64,000 nt of DNA from Schmidtea nova (lineage: Eukaryota): assembly GCA_044892505.1 (NCBI GenBank), contig CM097883.1, forward strand, positions 439,890,001-439,954,000, in the 5' to 3' direction. A program made the translations under genes and the position numbers. Below are positions 51,753 to 64,000 of the stretch, piece by piece. Below the pieces are notes generated by a model, which was not told where the DNA came from, did not search any database, and saw only the letters and a list, made by a program, of their open reading frames with translations. Numbering within the stretch: the stretch's first letter is position 1; the number at the start of each line of letters is the position of its first letter.

Positions 51753-52983
51753 GCTTTTTACGCATTTAGGTCTTTCAAAATTTTTAATAGTTTCAATCTT
51801 GCTTTCATCCGTACGTATTCAATTTTCACTAATGATATGACCTAAAAATTTTACTTCTTTCCTTTTGAATTGACATTTTGCTGGACTTTTTTTAAGATTT
51901 GCTAATTTAATCTTTTGAAAAACCTTTTCAATGGTGCTATAATGTTCATCCAATGTCTTTAAAAATATAAGGATATACAATTGTTCCATTCCAATTTAAT
52001 TCTCCAAGAACCAAATTCATAAGTCTTTGAAATGTTGCTGGTGCAGCGGCTATTCCAAATGGCATTCTGTTAAAGTAATATTGCTTGCTTTTTGTCGAGA
52101 ATGCTGTTTTCAATTTTGAAGCCTCATTGAGTTCTACTTGATAATAAGCACTGCCTAAATCAATTGTCGAGAAAAATTTGCTCCGTCAAGAATATCTAAT
52201 AATTCATCTGTATTTGGAATGGGAAAAATCGGTCTTTCTGTTACATTATTTAAAGCACGATAGTCCAAACATATTCTTATATCACTGCTGTTTTCCTTTT
52301 TAACACATACTAATGGAAAATTCCAAGGAGATGTACATTCTGATATAATGCCATATTTCAACATTTTTTGAATATTTTCTTCTATTTTCTCTATTAAATG
52401 TATCGGTTGTCGTCTTGGGTTTTTTACAATCTGGTTACCTTTAGTAAGTATTTCATGCTTTAATAGTTCGGTTTTCTCAACATCATTTATGTTTCATAAA
52501 AATGCCGTCAAATGTGGAAATTAAATTATTTATTATCTTATCTTCACTCATGTGTTTCTTAAATGAATTTTCCATAATTGCATTTATTTCTTCTTCACAT
52601 TTTTTAATTTGTAATTGCATTCCAAATATTTCGAGAAAATCTATACCTCCTACTAACTTTGGGTTTATATCTTTGGCTACAACAAATTATACTTTTTTAA
52701 TTTCAGAAATTTTATCAAGTTTTACATTTAATAAAGTTTTACCGCAAATTTCAATCGGGCTATCATTCGCACATCTTAATTTTAAATTACTTGTAGTCAT
52801 ACTCAAGTTTCCGAGTTTTTTAAAAATATTATAATCAATCACACTTATTTTAGCTCCAGTATCTAATAGACATACTAATTTTACATTATTAATCATCACG
52901 GTAACACTGGACCTTCCTTGTATTTTGTTGGGTTATTAATGTGAAGTCGGTAATATCTGACTCTTGTGTTCTCTTTCAATCAC

Positions 52984-53937
52984 GAAAATAAATGAAACCC
53001 AACACAATAACTTTATATTATTTTTCAAATGAACAATAACACTTTTTATCCCAGAAAGTTACTATTGCTTTGCACTCTTCCGCGTGAGGGTAGAACACCC
53101 AATGGAATATCTCCCTCTCTGGCACGCAAGAAGATTAAATTCAATTTCTACCTTTGGTTTCTCTACACGTTTCCTCCAAATAGCTTCTAGTTGTTTGAAA
53201 AATTCTGTTTGTTCTTGAAATTTATCTTCGACCACTTTTGCCTAGACAATTTAGCTTCGACCAACTGGCGATATCGACAATTTGCTCGCAGTTTATATAC
53301 TACTTTTTGTTGTAATCCCGTCGGCCTAATTGGATCTGTCGAAAAATAAAATAATTAAATTTGTTTGACCGCTGACTAATTGAGTTTCGCTGCTAATGGA
53401 TTTTCGACTCTTCCTGGGGCATCCCTGCTCATTCAATCTATTGCGATAATTAAATAATTTTGTTGATGCCCGGGTTTCCCACATCGCTCGGGTTTCCCAT
53501 TGGCTCGGGTTTCCCATTAGACGATTAATTATTTTTAAATAATTTGTATTTTCTTAATTTATCTTACTGGGGGTCCCTTTTCAATTTTATATACCCATAT
53601 TTGAATTCATCTCATCATTTGGCATCCTCCAATACCAGTTTCCCCCGTTGAATCTTTATTTTTGAATTTTATAAATTTTTAATTAATGTTTGCATTTCAA
53701 TTATTATTTTTCTAATTTTCGTATTTTTATCGATTTGCACATAGTTTTTGTGCTTTTTAATATTTTATTTCAAGCCTGTTCAGCCAACCCCAACAATTTT
53801 ATAGTATACTATTATATCATTACGTTTATCACGATTAAAAAAATTTATTTCATTAGAAGTTAGAGGTGGGTCTTTAAAAAGTTCATCCATACAAAATTTA
53901 ACAATGTATATATTAGTATAATTTCTATAATCAAACA
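52984..53937. mobile_element. Insertion in gypsy element 2 containing repeat family Y
   Basis: Separates gag end from protease; CAATCAC at both edges (52977-52983, 53938-53944). Confidence 0.55.
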
Positions 53938-56920
53938 CAATCACAAACAGTTGTCATTCAAACTATTACAATCATTCAAAGTCATACAATCCTTACTCAA
54001 ATCATTAATTACCTTTAATTTATTGCTCCGATCACCTCCTCTGTGGTGGAGCATTCCCGTTTGGGTACTCAAAACCAGCCTCTGGAGCCTAGTCACCGAA
54101 TGCGGCCACTGATTTATGGAATTTTCGTCGTCTGTCTGGAAATAATTCATGGCACTGATGTTTGAAATGTCTTGATCTGTTACAATGAGCACATTGAATA
54201 TTGGGGCATTCAGATCTTCTATGGGCTTCTTCGTGGCACGCCCAACATCGTAAAATTTCATTTGTTCGGGCATGATCTCGTGAATGAAATTCCTTGGTAT
54301 AATAAGGCTTACTTCTTTTCACAGGTTTCCATCCATTTGAAATAGAATTTCGATGTTCTCTTGTAAATTCACCTTTATATCTTGGATTAGGTTGACGTTC
54401 TCTTGTATATTCATTTTTGAAACTGGGATTAGATTCTCGTTCTCTAATTTATCTGTTATCATAACCATATCTTGGTAAACTCTTCTTAACAGCATCAGCA
54501 TGTCGTTGGGTTTTATTCATTAAAGCTACATCAGCATGAAATACATTAATTTCTTTTGAAACTTGATCGTGTTTCTTTAATCTTTTTTTCATTTCATCAA
54601 ATGATTTTAAATCTTGCATTTTGAGATCCTTTTTAACTTCTTTATCTTTAAGCGAATTGAATAGCAAAAATTTCTTTAGTTCTTCTTTATCAAGTTTATA
54701 CTTCAAAACATCTTTTGCAAGTTTCTCAATTTTTGAGCAGAATTCTTCGGCTGCATCATGTTCTTAGCGATAATTTAGCGCTTCGTTGAGATCATCGATA
54801 AGACTTCTGTTCTTAGCAAAAGCGTTTCTGTATAATGCAGTTTCATTTATCAACTCATATTTCTTCGTTGCATTGATTTATAGAAAAGCTTTGACGAATT
54901 TGCTTCTGTAATCTTCGACAATATTTGTCATCTCGAAGAATCGTTCCGTTTCTAAGATGAAATCTTCCACGTCTGAATCCATGTCATATGTTTCTGGTGG
55001 TTTGATAAAATTTGCAATCGTGGTCACCATATTAGCCACAGCGCTACGGGTATTAATTGAATCCATAAGACAAATTATAATAACACGTTTTATTCATTAA
55101 AAATCCAAATCTTATTAAAACAAATTATAACGTTAATTTGTTTGAGGAGATTCTAAAAATAATAATTAATGTATAAGTAAGGATTTCAACATACAATCAA
55201 ACATACACAGCATCATACCATTATATTTTAATACAAATTACAAAAACGCCTCACATACAGTTTAGGGATAAACGGCTTATGCCAGAGCACTCGCTTCCCT
55301 CTACTAGAAACCCTTTATGCATTATATTAATTTAAAATTATTCAAAACGAATTATATCGTCATTCATTACTACGAAAAACATTACGTAAAAATGGTTCTG
55401 AAATTGATAACCAATGGGTGAAAATTTATTCCATTCGATAATCTGTCAAATTGGGGAATGAAACAAATCTAGTCATCTTTCAATATAATAATCAGAATTT
55501 AAATATATCACGACAAGCTGAAGTTAATAAAAAAGTCGTAATTTATTATCGAGGGAAAATTCAAGCTATATTAACAAGTAACATTACTTATCAAATTTTA
55601 ACTTTTCAACGATTAAGATCGAAATCAAATTCAAAATTTGTAATGATGAAAATCTAATATTACCAATTTGCTTCTCATTCTAAACAATGGGAAATCACTC
55701 TTGTTGAAAACAAATTCGTTCGAGTTTCATATGACATTACTGATATTGATAATTCTAAAAACAATTATAAAACACAAGAATCTTAAGAGTTAATAGAAAT
55801 GCAGGAGTGAAGTTGATGGAGGATGGAAAAGTAGGGCATAAAGAGGAATTCACACTTCACGTGACGAAAGGAAAGGTGGAGATCATAGACAAAAAATTAA
55901 ATATCTTTCATTAGAACGGAAATAAGTCAGGAAGAAATAAGAAAGAAAATATTATTCATTGATGTAGAATATGGCACATCAGAAAGTGGACAAATGGCGT
56001 AATATACAATTGTGGTAATGAATTATTATGGAAAAATAATAAAAAAATATAAACCTGACGACAAGGGGAAAATTACGACACTTCCAATAATGTATTTATG
56101 GCATCATGAAAATTGCCAATAGGAATTAATGCGATCAATATTAAGAAATGAAACAAATTCAAAATTTAATTGGTGGAATGATATTAGTTGGCCATTATTT
56201 TCATGCGGAGCAGCAATACTTGAAGATCTTGAAAAATGAATTATATGGTATTGATATAGTATTTTGACCAGAGCAAAGGCACTCTAATTGAATGGAATAC
56301 TAATGAAAGGGGATTTCTTCAAATTGAAAACAATTGTCGAAGAAATATTTGGAGAGCAAATATTGGTGGGTATTCATTCTGCCATGGAGTATATAAAAAC
56401 ATATGAAGAGTGTAAATGAATTTTGAAAATTTGTGGATTGATGATGTCCAAATCCCAAAAGAAATTCCATCAAAGAAATATTCATTGGAAGAATATCAAA
56501 AAATTCATGCCATGGACACAATGCCAACGACAAGTACAACAGTCATGACAACTATTGTCTTTTCCGCAGAAATTGCGAAGATGACAAAACCAATCGATCT
56601 CACAAACATAGATGACATGGAAATTGATAACAAAATTCTGGATGTGCAAATAAAATGGGCAAAAGAAATATATTTGAGGGCAATTGAGGTGAATATCAAG
56701 GTGATAACTGGTTTGGTAATTGAAAGAATTAATTGAAAGAATTAATTGAAAGAATTTGAATATGGACCAATTCTCTACCTTGAAAATAGAAAAAGGAAAC
56801 ATTCACAAATAGAAGCTAGTGAAACCATAATTGTAAATGGAAATATCTATCGACTCAAAAAAGTTTTTTTTCGGTATAAAAGTGAAGTCAGAAAGATTGA
56901 ACTATAATAGATAAACAATT

Positions 56921-57002
<82 letters not shown>

Positions 57003-58432
57003 CTAACGTTGTGATTTTATGACTTCCATCCCGAGATACTTTTAATATAACTATAATTATTATTGTATTTAGTAAAACAAATGTTGAAAATAACCTTTCC
57101 ACATTATAATAATTTCCACTAATATTATTATTATCATTGTTATTATTATTATTAATAATAATTAAGAAATGATACAGTATATCAAATTGTTGGTCCTAGT
57201 GGCAGTGGGAGCCAATAATGAGTATGGAATGATTCAAGATCAATTTTGTAAGATTAAAAGGAGGATAATAAAAGGTTTTGATAAAAATTGGTCATCTATA
57301 CTACGACAAGGAGATATGAGTTTTATTGATGATTTGTATCAGGAAACCAAAAAAGAAAGGTTTTAATAATTTATTCTAAAAAATAGCACGATATAAAGGT
57401 GTTACAGTTATTTTTATAAAACAAAATCTGTTTCATCAGGGTGGGTCTCATCGAACTCGTATCCTAAATGTGTAATACTTGGTTTTTTTTTAAATTCAAG
57501 ATACAGCGGTTTTTAATTTTCTTGCAAGACATACATACCATAATAATCGGAATTTCATAATCAGTACATTTCAAGATGCAACTCAAACCCCCCATGGTTA
57601 TATTTTTCTTGATTTTACTCAACAATATCTGGATGATTTAAGAATAAGAACTGATATTTTCAATAAAAAAGGAGTTGATTTTGTTGTAAGAAGGGTCATA
57701 AGTGTAATAAAATTAAAATATTACATAATAGATACCAATAAGTACAGAATTAACATATAAGTAGATTACAAGCGGGACCAATCAAGCCAGTAATGACGGA
57801 ACAACAATCGTGGAAATTTTTGAAAAACTTGATCATTTAATTTTATTTTGTTGATGAACTAAATTAACTATGATTTTAACGATATTGCTATTTAATTTAT
57901 TGATTTATTGATTTTTTTTTGTATTTGGACGTAATTATGCATGAATAAGGGAAATAAATAATAACCAAAAAATAACATTACACAAACATTTATCACTAAA
58001 TTTAATATATAAATTTAATCAATTTGATTTAAAAAAATTAAACAATATTTCATAATTTTACTATTATGATTTTAACATTATTTTTGAAATTATTAATATT
58101 ATTTTTATTATTATTAATGTTATTATTTTTATTGTTATTGTTATTATTATTATTATTATAAAATAAAACAAAATAAAACTAAAAAATAAGTAAACATTTA
58201 TTCAAATTCCAATGTCGTTGTTTCTTCGAATTATTGATTTTTGGATTGTTGTTTTCTTGTTTGCTTCTTGGTTTTGAAAAAAAGTAAAATGTTGTTGTTG
58301 CTTCGAATTATTATTTTTGGATTGTTGTTTTCTTGTTTGCTTCTTGGTTTTGAAAAAAAGTGAAAAATGAACGTTTTTTAGTAATTTAAACAATCGCTTT
58401 TTTATTTGTATATATATTGATATTTGATTTTA

Positions 58433-58505
<73 letters not shown>

Positions 58506-58880
58506 GATATAATTTTTAATTGAATTTCTGTATATAAAAATATTATACTAATATATAAATAACGGAGGCACTACAATTATTATTATTATTATCATTATCA
58601 TAATTATCTTTTTGTTTCACCTTTTTTCACCTTTTTTCACTTGTTTTCACTCTTTTTTATTATTAAAGATCAAAGTTTCTTTAAATAAGTACACATAATA
58701 AGTATTTATTTAAAGAAATTTTGATCTATAGTCATANNNNNNNNNNNNNNNNNNNNNNNNNNNNNNNNNNNNNNNNNNNNNNNNNNNNNNNNNNNNNNNN
58801 NNNNNNNNNNNNNNNNNNNNNNNNNNNNNNNNNNNNNNNNNNNNNNNNNNNNNNNNNNNNNNNNNNNNTTTGATCTTTTT

Positions 58881-59180
58881 TTATTATTATTATCAATAAT
58901 TCTCATAATGACTATAGATCAAAATTTTTTTTTATAAACAATAACACAATAACACAATAACACAAGGCTGTGCCGAAATATTGTGTTATTGTTTATAAAA
59001 AAAAAATTTTGATCTATAGTCATTATGAGAATTATTGATAATAATAATTATTATTATTAATAATAATTATGGACAAAAATATTAATATTTATAGACAAAA
59101 ATATTAATAATTATAGACAAAAATATTAATATCTATAGATAAAAATATTAATAACTATAGATAAAAATATTAATATCTTA
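58881..59180. repeat. ~70-bp near-perfect palindrome followed by a 22-bp minisatellite
   Basis: Arms at 58881-58951 and 58979-59048; about five tatagacaaaaatattaat-type units at 59068-59180. Confidence 0.75.
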
Positions 59181-60930
59181 CTTCGTATGAATAATTGGAT
59201 TTTTTAAATTTTAGTTTCAATAAAAAAAACCATCACATGACATTTTTTCACACAAACATTGAAAACTCTGAAACAAGCCAGGATAGTCNNNNNNNNNNNN
59301 NNNNNNNNNNNNNNNNNNNNNNNNNNNNNNNNNNNNNNNNNNNNNNNNNNNNNNNNNNNNNNNNNNNNNNNNNNNNNNNNNNNNNNNNNNNNNNNNNNNN
59401 NNNNNNNNNNNNNNNNNNNCATGGTGCTCTGAAAGAGAGATAAAAGTGAGTAAATGCGTCATATATGCACAATCAAAAAAAATAAAATAAAAACCGCAAT
59501 ATACATTAAATAAACTAAGACCACTTAGTGCTAGATTTTTTTGGGTCTCGTTTGGGATTTCCAAAAAATGACCATTAAGGGTAAAAAAAGCACTGAAAAG
59601 TACAAATTGAAAATAATTGAAAAAAATATTTACAATTATAAATATTAGTATAAATTATAAATGAATGTAATTTATAATATGTTATTCTAATATTAATTGT
59701 CTGTTTTATTTAGCTTTGATAATGCTGTTTATGACTTTTAAACCATTTCTGAATATTGATCAAATCACGGAATAATAAGAATTTGACTTCAAAATATGCA
59801 TTAAAATCTTCACAAAATTTATCAAGCCCCAAAAGAAATATCGTAAAAATAAATAAAGTTAGGTTTTAAAAGTCATTTTAATATTCCGACTTCTGTATTG
59901 ACCTTAACCAACAATTCAAAAATTTTTATCATTATTTCATTTCATAATAATTTCCCACAGAATTTTATGGTTATTTAGAAAACATAATATTCATCAAAAT
60001 ATAAATTAAATGTCAATCATAATTATATTGTAACTAAAATTAATGATAATTAAAAAAATAGACAAAAGCAATAAAAGATAAATAAAAAAGAAACTATAGA
60101 AAATAGTATGATTAACGATATATTAAGGTCAACCCAATATAGATCGATGTCATTTTAACTTTAAAGAGGCTGGATAAAGAGATGTGTCCAAAAATAGTAA
60201 CCATTAAAATTTGCACTTTTAAAACAGAAATTTTATTGACTTTTGACAAACAAAGTGTGTTGACACTCGAAATGTGGTGCCAACAGAAATTTGGTATGTA
60301 AGCAGACTGATTTTTCAGTAAAATCACCCAAAAAATCATTGCGATTTAAATCATAGTTATCAGCTATTTGAATTATTTAAAAATCGAGCATACAATACAC
60401 TGAGCTAAGAAAGCTGCAAGCATTTACACACACGCACGCACGCACACATAAAACATAAATCAAAGTCTTATTTTTTTGAGGTAATTGTTATTTATTGATT
60501 TGTAATTTGTGAAAGATTAAATAGATTTTTTAAAGAACCAGTTTTGTTTTTTATTTATATAAGAAACATCAAGCTGAGATTCTCTGAACCTCAACATTGT
60601 TTTAGATATCAACCATGCTACTTAAACGCCGCGCTAAACATCCAAAATTGTCAAAACTTAGAAAAGTATTTAAAAATAATAGTAAAACATTAATTCCACC
60701 AAAAACTAGTTTCACCCCATCGAAAAAATTAATTATAGAACATTTCTCAGCAATGAATAAAATTTCACACAATTCGAAACTAAAAATAATTCCAAAGAAA
60801 ATTAAAAAATCAATAAAATCTCAAAATCATCGCCGTTTGTTACTCAATAGTTTAGTAAATTGTAACTGAAATTTTAATATGTAAATGAAATTTTAAGAAT
60901 TTTTTTTTCACAATACCTACATTAAATAAT

Positions 60931-61900
60931 GGTGGGTTGTTGATCGGCAATATGACCTTGACGTTGTTATGGCTCCCATCAACAACTCAACACATAAAAC
61001 ATTAGTCAAAACCATCTTGTTGCCCATCACAATGTAACGTTGGTAATGCAACAAATTGGTGGATGTTAGCAAGCAGTGATCGTCGAAAAATTGAAACTAT
61101 GAATGGCCGAACATCACAGTGGGTTCAAGAGCGACCGATAGAAGGTTTTATGCCCATTTTGAAAGCGATATTCAACAAATAATCTATAAATACTCAATAA
61201 AATTTTTAATCAGCAATTTAAAATAGATAGTTACATCAAAAAGAATTTATTTCTTCATCAAAATGGATCATTCCAACATCAAAACATTAACAAAAGCTAA
61301 TTCATACAAGGATCCATTTAGATAGACGTAACATATCAACAAACACAACAAAATTATAAAAATCATTTGTTCCCAAGGATGGAAGTTTTTCGGATTTTGC
61401 AAAATTTATTCGCGATTTTGTTTCGCTAGCCCTCAGTCTAATCTGGCGTTAATTCAATCGATTAGCGGCGTCTAAAACGATAATTATCTCAACTGTGGCA
61501 GTTAAAACATTGATTCCCTAACATAAAAAATAGCAAGGCGTTACCGTGCCAAAAATATAACAGTTTTTTGTACCTATATTCCCCTAAGCATACTATCGAT
61601 TTCAAACATTTTATCACAACTCGACCCGGTATGCTCATTAACGTTAGAAGATTCGTTATTTGGCGATATTCAACTCTTGATTGAATGGCCCTAAACGGCA
61701 CTTCTTTTTATTATTAGTAAGATTTTTGCATTTTATATATCATAATTCAGCGAAGAATTTTCATTTAGGTCTGGGTCTACTTGAGATAAAGCAGTAAATT
61801 TATTTTCAATAGTCAAATTTAATCTAAATCAAAAATTAAAATTTTAAATTGGTGCCGCGGCCTTAACAACGGTAATGGTTGTAGTTTAGAGATTTAATAC
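60931..61900 (+). repeat. Interspersed repeat family X (~1 kb)
   Basis: Same terminus and internal blocks as the other two copies. Confidence 0.75.
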
Positions 61901-62103
61901 GCTTTAGAACTCTAAATTCACCCCTTAGGCTATAAAAGATGCACAAAAATGCATTAGTACTTTAATTAATTTAGGAAAACAAAAAAAACTTCGGCGTTTC
62001 CCTTTTATTTAAAATTAAAGTACTATTAAAGTTCTATATCACCTTTTTTAAAATAATATGTGTGTAATAAAACTCAATAATATAAATATAATTTTTTAAA
62101 TCC

Positions 62104-63050
62104 ATGGAAAATCAGACTAACAAGAAGAAGCAAATTCCAAGCGAAACGCGACAAAAAATAATTTTTAAATACGAGACAGGGAAGTCGTATGCAATTATTT
62201 CAGATGAGTTAGAATTAAAACACGAAGCCGTAAGGAGCGTAATAAAAACGTTCATCAAAACTGAAAGAACCGATGCGATTAAAAATCGTTTGCCTAAAAC
62301 CAAAGAAAATATCAGAAGATATTTATAGGTTTATACAGACAAAAATCGTCGAGGATGTTTCCATTATATTAAAGTCATTGCAACGATGCCTTTCATTGGA
62401 AAAGGGATTAAATGTTTCAGTTTTCAGGGTTTTAATTACTCTTTAAAACGAGTTGTATTGGATCCAGTGGCGAAAAACAGTGAGGTGAATATTGAAAAGC
62501 GGTTTGAATATGCAAACGATTACTTGCTTCTGAATTAAGAACAATGTATTTTTGTTGATGAGTTCGGAGTTGATTGTTCTTTACGAGTAGCTTATGGTAG
62601 AAGCTCTATAGGTACACCAGCACGGAAATCAATACGAACAATCCGATTAAAAAATGTTTCAGTATGCGCGACAATATCAAACAGTAGAGTAATTTACCAT
62701 GAATCAAAAAATACAGCTTATAACGGGATACTATTTATTGAATTTCTAACACGCCTTCTTATTAAATTGGATGAATTGGCATTTCGCAATTTTACAATAA
62801 TCATAGATAATGTGACTTTTCATAAATTGCAAGGTGTTCATGCGTTATTTGAAAAAAGCGGGCATAGTTTGTTATTTCTCCCTCCGTATAGCCCATAGCT
62901 GAATCCAATTGAAGAAACTTTTTCAAAATGGAAATTGTATGTTAAAACGACAAATTCTAAAACTGTCGAATTTGAAGCTGCGATATTGGCGGGGTGCGAT
63001 TGCGGGTTTTTTCTTGATGTGAGAAGATGGGCTGTGAAGACGCTATGAAG
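62104..63050 (+). mobile_element. IS630/Tc1-type DD34E transposase pseudogene
   Basis: HTH N-terminus; IFVDE, YGRS..G, NVSVCATIS, IIDN..FH and FLPPYSP*LNPIE with 34 residues between D and E; stops and frameshifts. Confidence 0.88.
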
Positions 63051-63399
63051 AGAGAATTTTTAAATAATAATTATTTTTCTAAGTGTATTGTGTTTTTGTA
63101 ATTTTTAATAGTTGTAAATGTAATATACGTATTGTTAAACATGAATATAATTTCGTAATTCAGCCCTTGACAAATCCATCTCGCAACTTACAGTATAAAT
63201 CTGCAAACTTCTTGTTATCTATTTATTATTATAACTTAATATTTGTAATTTGGCATCTTATAACATATTTTCATATAAAAGTGATAGTATTATTTTTCAC
63301 ATCATAAAATCTCTATTTGACAACATAGTTTTTTTATTTGATAACTTAGTTTTTTTATGTGAGAAACGCAATATATATATATATAAGATTTTAGGCTTT

Positions 63400-63835
63400 T
63401 CGCCTAATTATCAAAAAATTTTGCAACCTGATTGGTTGTCTTATACTATAACAAATTTTATTTATATAATTAACTTATCGATTTGTGGAATTTTTTTTTG
63501 GGAAGAGAATCTCTTGGATATCTTAATGTTTGGGGGTAATTTGTAATTTTCTTTTGTTCCATTGTCATTTTGTTAAAAATTTTCATTTAGGTAGATCATT
63601 AAGGTATCGAATCGATTTCTCGGTACAGGCCTGGTGAATTATTTATCTATCGGTGGATGGCTTCTAGCATGTTCCGGGGTAAGAGTAATACAAATGTTTC
63701 TTTCAATGTAAACTTTTAGCTTTTAGCGTTCAATTTTCTGTTTGGTTTGGGTTACCGTATTATAGCATGGGAATTTGAAGATTTTCAAGCAGATTCAGCC
63801 CAACGATTGTGGATTATTCTATTTACGATGAAGTT
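63400..63835 (+). other. Possible exons of a multi-pass membrane protein gene running off the window
   Basis: Candidate exons IIKVSNRFLGTGLVNYLSIGGWLLACSG and LLAFNFLFGLGYRIIAWEFEDFQADSAQRLWIILFTM joined by a short GT-AG intron; flanking exons do not join cleanly. Confidence 0.3.
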
Positions 63836-64000
63836 TAGGCAAATTAATTTTCTCTTTTCCTTGTTCTTTCCATTATTGTACAGAGAATATAAAAACATTC
63901 TGATGTGAATTATGTTCAATTGGAAAATAAAAATTCGTATTATTTTTATTTTGATAAACTAAATTTTTATGAAAATGAAAAAAAATCAACGTTTCGGTAA

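Larger units (their letters stand above)
49804..55255 (-). mobile_element. Ty3/gypsy LTR retrotransposon, decayed, with nested insertion
   Basis: 226-bp LTRs (49804-50029, 55030-55255; ~6 differences by eye); TSD TACAG; PBS TGGTGACCACG; PPT AAAAAAGGGGGGA; gag with two CCHC-type knuckles, LLDTGA protease, RT, RNase H, integrase; many frameshifts. Confidence 0.93.

Overview
Very AT-rich animal genomic DNA with seven N-gaps. It is probably from a triclad planarian, because a near-perfect match to the Schmidtea-type spliced-leader exon lies at 11492-11528. Three host genes can be rebuilt by hand from GT-AG exons. A dynein heavy chain tail region (DHC_N1) lies on the minus strand with at least 9 exons over 413-21610 and continues off the left edge. 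HUS1 (+, 7 exons) spans 33972-43475 and mitochondrial ribosomal protein L12 (-, 3 exons) spans 46718-47320. Introns and intergenic space are packed with mobile DNA: an intact 3.9-kb CsRn1-like Ty3/gypsy element with identical LTRs, a decayed second gypsy element, long-LTR remnants, Tc1/mariner/IS630-like, hAT, MULE and piggyBac-like pieces, a Polinton-type DNA polymerase B remnant, a Penelope-like GIY-YIG fragment between inverted repeats that each carry a minimal hammerhead ribozyme, and a chuvirus-like glycoprotein pseudogene. The most unusual locus is in a dynein intron: a truncated spliced-leader exon fused to a GC-rich, self-complementary ~270-nt segment, followed by an intronless NAE1-like pseudogene. 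All protein family assignments come from recalled motifs, not database searches.
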